From positions 1,364,001 to 1,428,000 of the forward strand of contig NC_027217.1 in NCBI RefSeq assembly GCF_000981445.1: a stretch of DNA of 64,000 nucleotides, written 5' to 3'. This DNA comes from Babesia bigemina. Lineage: Eukaryota. Numbering within the stretch: position 1 is the stretch's first letter; the number at the start of each line of letters is the position of its first letter. The notes beneath the pieces are model-generated. The model was not told where the DNA came from, searched no databases, and was given only the letters and a program-made list of their open reading frames with translations. The translations under genes were made by a program, and so were the position numbers. Shown here in pieces: positions 24,834-33,848 of this stretch.

Positions 24834-25761
24834 GATGTGGACTTCGAATATGCTGCACTGTGCCAAACACCCCCTGCTGAAGCGGCTGATCCGCTCGCTC
24901 CGAATATGCGAGGGTAAGACCTTCACCCCACAGTGATTAGTGGGAAACTACAGGAGATGCAGCGTACTGGAATTTAATTTTTTAATAAGACGCTACAAGA
25001 CATGTGTGAGTTACGTCAAGTGGCTTTGAATCAGGCAGGAACAGAGGGGTGGTATTCCTGTGACACCATGCGCCTAAAAGTCGGCGCATGGGAAAATATC
25101 CCCGGATCTGCGATCGAAGCCATTTGGAACCAGAAGCGGTTGCTTTGCACATTAGATATATATCTATGAGTCTCGTAATGATTTTATAGACCATGAGTGT
25201 CATGATGTCGATACTTCGGTATGATTAATTGTCGGCTCACTCGAACACAATATGGCACATCAAGCTCCCGCGATTCATCGCAGGCTTTTGCATTTGGCGC
25301 ATTTGAAATAGCATTGAGCTATCATGTACCCGAAACCATAAACTATTTTGAACGTTAACCAATTTTAAGGGGAGCGAAGTTAGAAGAAGCGCCCAAATGC
25401 AACGAAGCAAATCGCTGCACTGCAGGACACTAACTCCTTATTTCATCACGGCAGAAAATGCAGTTTATTAAGTTAATACTGTGTCATTGATATGCCATTA
25501 CCGTGCGAAGCGCCATTGTTGCCTGTTTCATTCCTCCAAAGGCCTTTTCAACGCATCTACGGTGGGCGAAACCAGCGAAATCAGATTCCCCACGGATCGT
25601 ACATAACTTTCACCACCACGTACGCATCGTAACTGAATAAGCTCTCTAACTGAAATTATCGGTGTACAAAGTGGAACTTGCGATAATGCGACACTGTGAG
25701 CCGAAGGCGGGAAAAGACAAGAAAAAGTCGCCTAACATTTTCGCTCGTGAATCACCCGTGC

Positions 25762-27445
25762 TCACGTCCAGATCATATTTTCCGTTGACTCCTTCTCAAG
25801 GAACATTTCGTAGAGCGGACTGCAGCTTCGCAAACGTTCCACGGCAGACCTGAGCTCCGCCAGCAGTTGGTCGATCTCGCGTTCTGTAGTAAAACGACCA
25901 ATGCCAAAGCGAATTGACGTGTGCGCAACTTCTTCGCCGACTCCAATGCTGCGCAGGACGTAGCTAGGTTCCAGACTTGTGGATGTGCACGCCGATCCTA
26001 TAGCACAAATTAGCTAAAAATTTCAAAGCGCATCGCAAGGAAAAAGCATCATCAACGTGAAAATCATTCAGTGATAAGGAATCCGCAATGAATGTTCAAA
26101 TGACCATTGCGGTTTGATTAAACAGAGACTATTGCAAATGTTGCCTACGGAGGCTCAGGCAAATGGTATTAATTGAGGGGCAACATAACCAATAACTAAA
26201 CCTACCACTGGATAGTGCAATATTTTGCAGTGACATAAGCAGCGATTCACCTTCTATGAACTCGAAAGAGACGTTCAAATTTCCCCAGTAACGTTCGCCA
26301 TCCTTGACTGGACCATTTATATGCACGTGGCCTATGTCCCGCATGCCGTCCACCAGCTTCTGCCACAAACGACGTGCGTTGCTTAAGTCGCGCTGCATCT
26401 CCTGACGGGCCACGCTAGCGGCTGCACCGAGTCCCACTACCAACGGCGTGGGTAGCGTCCCTGATCTTAGACCTCGTTCCTGCCCACCGCCGTCGATGAT
26501 TGGGCGTAGCCGGATGCGCGGCCGCCTGCCCACGTAAAGGGCGCCCACTCCCTTGGGGCCGTATATCTTGTGCCCAGATATGGACATAAGGTCGACTGGT
26601 AGTTTAGATAGGTCGAGGGGCACTTTCCCGAAGCTCTGCGCGGCATCAGTATGGAAAATCACGCCGCGCTCTCGGCACGTTTGCCCGATGCCCTCCAGAT
26701 TCTGGAGTGTGCCGATTTCGTTGTTGAGATGTATGATTGAGCACAGAAACGTCTTTGGCGTGATTGCAGCCGCGACATCGGTTGCGCTGACGACCCCCTT
26801 GGTATCCGGCTTCAGGTAGGTCACCTTGTAGCCCCGATTTTCCAGATGGCGGCAGGTCTGCAGGACGCATTTGTGGTCTATTTGCGAGGTTATAATGTGA
26901 TCCTTTATTTTTGACGGATCGGGGTGTTCGAGGTTGCTGTAATATTCGGTGACGCCCTTGATGGCCAAATTGTTGGACTCCGTGGCACCCGAGGTGAAGA
27001 TTATGCTGCGGGGGTCGCAATTGAGTAATGCAGCCACCTCAGACCTCGCTTCCTCCACGGCGTGTTCAGCGTCCCAACCGAAGGAGTGGGTGCGGCTGTG
27101 CGGGTTTCCGAAGCTGTGGCTCAAGTACGGCAGCATCCGATCCAGCACCCTCGGGTCGACGGGGGTTGTGGCCTGGTAGTCGAGATAGACACGCCCCTCA
27201 TTATAGGCACGCCATTGGCGCCGTGCGCTGCAGACCTCCAACCGCTGCAGGCTACCGATTGCGGCCGCGTTCCTTAGCACGCTTCCCACGCCACCTCCAA
27301 TGACAGGATGCACCTCGTCAATGCGGCGGCACCCTAATCTTCCATGGGCGTAGTTACGAATAGCCGCTGTTCCAAATGTCGCCAGCTTGCCATTAGCGCG
27401 ATGGAGCGCCTGGACAGTGTATAGTTGAATCTGGGCGTTCAGCAT
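25762..27445 (-). CDS. NFS1: Mitochondrial cysteine desulfurase NFS1/IscS (intron 25998-26205)
   Basis: [33 protein letters not shown] and [10 protein letters not shown] (PLP lysine). Splicing restores the catalytic loop [17 protein letters not shown]; stop TGA at 25762-25764. Confidence 0.95.
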
Positions 27446-28192
27446 TGTTGCGGAAGTCTCGTCATCTTCTGCGTGAAGAAGGCTGCGTTAAAATGCGAGC
27501 CAAGTTAATGTGACGTCACAATCATCATATGAATTGCGAAATTATGTACAGTTATATTGTTTCATCTAAGTATTCGTTAGGAAGCGTTGCCAACAACTGC
27601 GAGGTTGTTGTTGGGAGCTGAAGGACAAATGCTGGTGGCGTTATCCGAGATTTCGCAAAAAAATTATACACATCTCTCAATACGCATTCCAATTATCAGC
27701 GTATGACACCTCGGTTATTAAAGCTATATGATCTGCAGTACTGAAGCAGTTCGACGTGGAATTGCGTCGACGCCAGCCATCACTAAAATCTGATTGCCTC
27801 GATCCAGCAACCCACATTAGCTCCATAAAAATGTAGTAGTTTGAACTACCGGGCAACAAGCGCTTAATGCTCTCAGTGCTTATGCGACATACGAAGGATG
27901 TGCAACGCGACGTTTCGCCGAGTTATCCATACCAGCGGTGATCAACATCTGTGAATGCTGCTCCTACTATTATCAATTGCGTATCTCTACTTTCATCCCA
28001 TTACATATGAGCGTAGACACGATATAACTCAGCAGTCTGCCCAGCATAGCTGTCTACTACGTGTTAAAGACGTTATACGTTGACAAAGGTATAATTTAAT
28101 CAGCATTAGCGTGTGTCAGATTTGACAGTTTCCGAAATCAATGGATGGACTCAGGGTCTGCAAAAGCTAAATGATTACGGAGGACGCTCTAC

Positions 28193-28384
28193 CTACCAAT
28201 CATTTTTAGTGTCATCGTCAGATGAGTCTATGTACTCAATTCTCGCGCCTGATCTGGAGCCTTCGGACGAGCGCTGATTGCAGTTCTTGTTCACCGCAAA
28301 TATAGCGACGATCACCAAGAGAGGTGAAAGCGCAAGCGTCAGCTTGACTGCCGCTATGAAGTATTGTAGTATCGGTAGCACCAT
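28193..28384 (-). CDS. Small 63-aa single-TM/signal-anchor protein
   Basis: Hydrophobic N-terminal half and acidic tail. Its first 11 codons are duplicated at 48927-48959. Confidence 0.45.
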   Translation of the reverse strand: MVLPILQYFIAAVKLTLALSPLLVIVAIFAVNKNCNQRSSEGSRSGARIEYIDSSDDDTKNDW

Positions 28385-29472
28385 TGTGTAGCAGTCGGCG
28401 CTGCCTTAATTATAAAATTATACTGTGAGTTGTACGGGTAGTCGTCACGTGAGCCTGGGGGCTGTTAGGGACGTGTGCCGCGGAAGAGGTGTTCCCACGT
28501 TCCGGAGTAGCGGGGAGCGCTTTTGAGAAGTACGACGCTGACCACGTTCCCGCGTCCCTCCATGTCGTGTATTGACCAAAAGCAGCCATCGACGTCGACC
28601 TTGCCGCGCAAGGGTCGAGACACAGCCTTGCCGTTGTACGTGATGGTCAGCTCCCGCGGCATGAATGTCACGGCATAGTCGTCCTCTCTGTCCTCGGGCG
28701 ATATGCACGGGAACCAGAGGTCGAAATAACGGCTGTGTTGGCGCCAGCTAACCTCAAAGGGGGGTAGCGCGGTGACTACTACAGGCTCGTTCAGAATGCC
28801 CTTCTGGCGGTAGAATCCGCTGATTAGGTTGCTAAGGTCCTCCCGACGAAGCTTGCCTTGCGTGAGGCTTCTCATATATTGCGCGTCGCGGCTTTCTTGC
28901 GTCGATTGGAGTCCCGCGTCATCTTGTGTCCATCCCTCATCCTCCGGCCGCATCTCACCCAGGTTGCGCCTGACCTCCTCCTCGGTAGGGTGACGCAGCT
29001 CGGAGAGGTCGAACATAGCGTTTAGGTGCTCATCGAGCACATCATTTTGCTCTTTTAAGAGCTCCGAGACGTTGGGTTTCTCATCTGAATCCGCTGTTCC
29101 GCCAAGGTCCCGTAGCGCTGCACGACGGCGTAAGTAGAGTTCCTCCGCAGCCATCATCTCCTTTTTCCACATGGGTCCAAGTTTCCCCTGCTTCGCGTCG
29201 TGTATTAGCTTCATTAGGTCTGCAACGTCAGCTTCAGTGACTTCCTCCGCGTCCGCATTGTCGGATTCGTAGCCAGACTCGTAACCAGCGTCCAGGCCGA
29301 GTCCCGGCATGCCCTCCAGCGGATCGACTTTGACAGCAACAATTCGCAACAAACGCCCTCTATGGCAGACGTCGCAATGAGTAACACGCTCCGACGAACG
29401 AAATGGGATTTCGCTTGCATTGGCTCTCTGAGATTCACACCACGCGGATAAAACGAAAAGCGGACGCCGCGC
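28352..29472. repeat. 1121-bp direct repeat, left copy
   Basis: Matches 48927-50047 at a constant offset of 20575; the translated ORFs are identical over 295 aa. Confidence 0.95.
28465..29472 (-). pseudogene. 5'-truncated duplicate of the CS-domain gene (start codon lost at island junction)
   Basis: Matches 49040-50047, but the ATG of MARRPLF... (50048-50050) is ATC here (29473-29475), and the upstream sequence is island DNA. Confidence 0.7.
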
Positions 29473-29534
29473 GATCTGATTTTGCTACGTTATCAAAACA
29501 CTGCTTAGTAGTTATGACAGCGACTTGTGTTTGT

Positions 29535-29965
29535 TCTAGTACTATTGTATGTTGTGGGCAACGGCAAGGCTTGAATGCGCTTGCCGTTCCCGCTGCTGGT
29601 GACGTCTAAGTGTTGTGCAATATAAAACATTATGCTGTCACAGATAGTTGCTATTGTGGGCGGCGCTAGGAGGTGCTGCGTACATCGCATTTTGTTGTGT
29701 AGTCGTGAGTTACTTAATTCCCGTGGTCTTCGAGGCTGGAACCATTAGCGTTACTTTTTATAAGCGTCACCATCAACGCAGCGCCGCACGAATCTTATGG
29801 CTGGCATCCTATGGCGCGGGTACATCGTCCGCCTCTAAGCAGTAAATTGCATATGAAATGAGTACCTCCAGACACCGTGGAGTGTCTAGTTAGACTAGCA
29901 CGACATTTAGTAATCTAAAAAGTTAAAGATCGTCACATAAAATCTTAAGTGTAATTACATATTGA
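29535..29965. repeat. Antigen-locus cassette, partial copy 2
   Basis: Matches ~1473-1903 but has a variant 3' segment shared with 46151-46202. Confidence 0.9.
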
Positions 29966-30958
29966 TTACCACATGGTGGATGCGAAGACGGCCGCCAAGA
30001 GCAGACCGATAGTGCCGAAGCTCGCAGCGTTCATCTCCTTGCACTTCGCTACTGATGATTTCAGGTCTTCGTCTGCTAGGTTGTAAGCCTTGAAAGCTAT
30101 TATGGCTTCCGTAAGATGAGGTTCATTCTGTACTAGTTGAGTTAACTTTTGCTGAATTTCGTAGCCTTTTACAACTTTATTTGCTTCGATTTCAGGTAAG
30201 TGTATCTTCATCCAATCCATAACACTCCGGGTTATCGCATTCTTGTCCAGGTTTGTTTCATTCGGTTTGTTGGCAATTACACCGTGTAGTTCGTAAAGAT
30301 CATTGGCAAATGAAGGTAACACAAATCTGAGATTCAAAAACATATCGTCTATCTGCATACCCTCTTTTACGTTATGCGAATTGTTTGGCGCGTCAAGCAC
30401 ACCCCTAGCAACATTCGGGTCACTTCCAGGTTCCTCTATTTGGGTTGCCTCAGCTTTCGTGGATTCATGAGACACGTGTTTAGCATAATCCCCGAAAAGG
30501 AGGCCAAACAACAGGTGGAAAGATTTTCCAGATATATCCAGAGCATTGCGTATGGCCTTAGCCTGTTCGACGCTCGTGTAGTTTTGCATTTGTATACCTG
30601 TCGGAAGGGATGTCGCCTGCTGAGACGCATATCTAAGGAACCGATCTTGATGCTCGGTTGGAAGCGCTTCTGTCCATTTGTGCATTGAGTGACTAATAAG
30701 CTCCTTGAATACTTCTTCGACCTTTTCAAGCAGATGAACGTTTAGTCCATCACCATCCATCAGGCTCATAACTACCTTGAAGCGCTTTTCCGTTGAGGGT
30801 ATAACGTAGTCATAATCCACCCCGTCAATCTTCTGAGTTATATCACCAGTCAGCTCCGGTGGAGGTGGTGGTGGAGGAATTTGCTCATCATCGCTAGCAG
30901 CAGTGACGTTGATAAGGCTGGCAACATAAAGCGCCAAGGGAATAAAAAATTTCATCAT
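29966..30958 (-). CDS. GPI-anchored surface antigen family member 3, 330 aa
   Basis: Signal peptide; family motifs STEKRFKVVMSLMDGDG, GKSFH and FLNLRFVLPSF; tail CKEMNAASFGTIGLLLAAVFASTMW. Confidence 0.9.
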   Translation of the reverse strand: MMKFFIPLALYVASLINVTAASDDEQIPPPPPPPELTGDITQKIDGVDYDYVIPSTEKRFKVVMSLMDGDGLNVHLLEKVEEVFKELISHSMHKWTEALPTEHQDRFLRYASQQATSLPTGIQMQNYTSVEQAKAIRNALDISGKSFHLLFGLLFGDYAKHVSHESTKAEATQIEEPGSDPNVARGVLDAPNNSHNVKEGMQIDDMFLNLRFVLPSFANDLYELHGVIANKPNETNLDKNAITRSVMDWMKIHLPEIEANKVVKGYEIQQKLTQLVQNEPHLTEAIIAFKAYNLADEDLKSSVAKCKEMNAASFGTIGLLLAAVFASTMW

Positions 30959-31063
30959 TTCTTACGATTATACGCGTAAATAAAAAACAAATACAGTTTT
31001 TAAATGATATGACGAAAATTAAACATCGTAATGCTGCTCAGCCGCATAGCGACAGATGTGGTA

Positions 31064-32010
31064 GACACGGCGCATGATATCTGACGTGATGTCTCAGTTA
31101 TCGTCCACCCATTGACACACACACACAGGCTTTTCAAATATAAACGTTCCGCTCCTCTATCCACTGGGAACGCTTATGTAGGACAGGAATACGTTTTCGT
31201 GCTTGCCTTGTAGTAGGTGTGAGACACCTGTGCGTGTGTGGAACCTTCGTAAAAGCCCGTGATTTTCGCTATTGGTTGTGTAGTGTGCGTATGTGTTCAC
31301 TGCCCCCGGAATCCTGCGCATAATGCCGGTCTGGGTCGGCGCCGCAACGCCGTGTCTTTCGCAGCTGCAGGCGTGTTTGTCATTGGCTCTCGATCTTTGT
31401 GTTGTGCTATTAGCCGTGATGTGCACATGTTAAAAGCTTGGTTTGCATTATGATCCGCTCTTGAATGGCCACTTTCATTGCTGCAATGAGTGGTCCGGCA
31501 TCCAGTACTATTGTATGTTGTGGGCAGCGGCAAGGCTTGAATGCGCTTGCCATCCCCGCTGCTGGTGCCTCTAAGTGTTGTGCGATATAAAACATTATGC
31601 TGTCACAGATAGTTGCGATTGTGGGCGGCGCTAGGTGGTGCTGCGTACATCGCATTTTGTTGAATAGTCGTGAGTTATTTAATTCCCGTGGTCTTCGAGG
31701 CCGGAACCATTAGCGTTACTTTTTATAAGCGTCACCATCAACGCAGCGCCGCACGAATCTTATGGCTAGCATCCTAGGGCGCGGGTACATCGTCCGCCTC
31801 TAAGCAGTAAATTGCATATGAAATGAGTACCTCCGGACATCGAGGAGGGGCTGACCAACCTTGTCCAGTGCATGCAGTAATCTAAAATTTAACGAACGTA
31901 AAGTAAAATCTTAAGTGTAATTAAATACTGATTACCACATGGTGAAGGCGATAACAGCAGCCAAGAGCAGGCCCATAGTGCCGAAGCTTGCAGCATTCAT
32001 GTTCTTGCAC
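31064..32010. repeat. Antigen-locus cassette, full copy 3
   Basis: Near-identical to 1104-1983; its 5' extension containing a (CA)n tract is shared with 33068-33140. Confidence 0.95.
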
Positions 32011-32954
32011 TTCACAACTGCGGCATTGACATTAGTGTCCAATATATTGTGCTCTCTGAAAGACGTCACAATGTAGTACATAAAGTACGTGTCATACAGC
32101 ATTTCCAACTCTTTTTTAATTGTAATGCCATCGATTTCGTCCTTTAGTTCCATTTTAGGGAGGTGGGATTGTGCCCACGACATGATTACATCTTTCAGTG
32201 TAGCGCTATCCTGTTGCTTTTCTATTTCTATATTCTGAATTGCTTTATGCAGACTTAATAAATCTTCAGAGAAAGATGGCATGACGAACCTTAAATTTAT
32301 GTAATCGTTTTCGTTTTTGTATTGCTTAACCACGTATTCCGCTGGCGAATTAGTACCCTGTACAGCGGTATTAACGTTATTTGTTGACGATTCAGTATTC
32401 ACTTGTGGCTCCCTAGACGCCACATTTTGTTGCGGCTGGGATATTCCCGGTCTGGCATAATCCTTGAAGAGGTTTTCGAATATTTTGCTAATACTTTTTC
32501 CAGCTTCCTTTAATGCCTCACGACATTCATCCATCTTATAATAAATTGAATCTAATAATTGCTCCTTCATCTCTAGATTCTGTCGGAGTACTTCGGGCGG
32601 AGGAATTCTGCCTGATACAACTTTGGTACCTTTTAAATCGCCATCCTGACGTTCCTTATCAGCAAGAATCTCTGCTTCCCACGAATCCATACGCTCCTTA
32701 ATAACATCTTTCATTTTCTCTGAAGCGAATTCAAGCAGTTCAGGTCTGAAACCATCTTCAACCATCAAGCTCATAAGCACCTTGAAACGCCTTGAAGCCG
32801 TCGGAAATATACCGTAATAATCCGGTTCTTCAACAATCATTGTCCTATTGGCAATCCCCTCATTGCTAAGATTCAATTGCTCTGAGGTTTCTGCCGCTAC
32901 GATTGGCTCTATCTGCATGAAAGGCAGAAGAGCGAACGCAATAGTTACAATCAT
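31932..32954 (-). CDS. GPI-anchored surface antigen family member 4, 340 aa
   Basis: Signal peptide; TASRRFKVLMSLMVEDGFRPELL, GKSIS and YINLRFVMPSF. The tail CKNMNAASFGTMGLLLAAVIAFTMW is identical to member 2. Confidence 0.9.
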   Translation of the reverse strand: MIVTIAFALLPFMQIEPIVAAETSEQLNLSNEGIANRTMIVEEPDYYGIFPTASRRFKVLMSLMVEDGFRPELLEFASEKMKDVIKERMDSWEAEILADKERQDGDLKGTKVVSGRIPPPEVLRQNLEMKEQLLDSIYYKMDECREALKEAGKSISKIFENLFKDYARPGISQPQQNVASREPQVNTESSTNNVNTAVQGTNSPAEYVVKQYKNENDYINLRFVMPSFSEDLLSLHKAIQNIEIEKQQDSATLKDVIMSWAQSHLPKMELKDEIDGITIKKELEMLYDTYFMYYIVTSFREHNILDTNVNAAVVKCKNMNAASFGTMGLLLAAVIAFTMW

Positions 32955-33067
32955 TCTGTTAACACATAAAATAAATCAATTAATATCACAATCTATATTT
33001 ATGCTTGTTTCATCAGAACAGCACTTATTTTCGGCCAACCGTTCAGCCGAGTGGAGTATACTGGGGT

Positions 33068-33648
33068 GACACGGCGCATGATATCTGACGTAATGTCTCA
33101 GTTATCATCCACCCATTGACACACACACAGGCTTTTCAAATATAAACGTCCCTCTCCTCTGTCCACTGGGAACGCGCATGTAAGACAGGAATACGTTTTC
33201 GTGCTTGCCTTGTAGTAGGTGTGAGACACCTGTGCGTGTGTGGAACCTTCGTAAAAGCCCGTGATTTTCGCTATTGGTTGTGTAGTGTGCGTATGTGTTC
33301 ACTGTCCCCGGAATCCTGCGCATAATGCCGGTCTGGGTCGGCGCCGCAACACCGTGTCTTTCGCAGCTGCAGGCGTGTTTGTCATTGGCTCTCAATCTTT
33401 GTGTTGTACTATTAGCCGTGATGTGCACATGTTAAAAGCTTGGTTTGCATTATGATCCGCTCTTGAATGGCCACTTTCATTGCTGCAATGAGTGGTCCGG
33501 CATCCAGTACTATTGTATGTTGTGGGCAACAGCAAGGCTTGAATGCGCTTGCCGTTCCCGCTGCTGGTGACCTCTAAGTGTTGTGCGATATAAAACATTA
33601 TGCTGTCACAGATAGTTGCGATTGTGGGCGGCGCTAGGAGGTGCTGCG
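33068..33648. repeat. Antigen-locus cassette, partial copy 4
   Basis: Matches 31064-~31645; ends at gaggtgctgcg and is followed by a 200-bp spacer shared with 40732-40931. Confidence 0.9.
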
Positions 33649-33848
33649 GTCCTTTTTCGGACACATTACGGTGCTTGCTCTAGCTCCTCATGTGGAGCGG
33701 TGTGTACTTCCTAACGCCAGTGGTTTGATCCTCGATTAACGACAACGTCATTTCTCATTTACCCACTAAGAAACTGCATTCCGATAAAATACATGTCATC
33801 CAGTCCCACATTACTTTGTGGAGCTTGTCCAATCTAACGTGTACGCTT

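Noticed and set aside
26129..26205. NFS1 appearing truncated before the catalytic cysteine
   Set aside because: Intron 25998-26205 restores SSGSACTS and a normal C-terminus.
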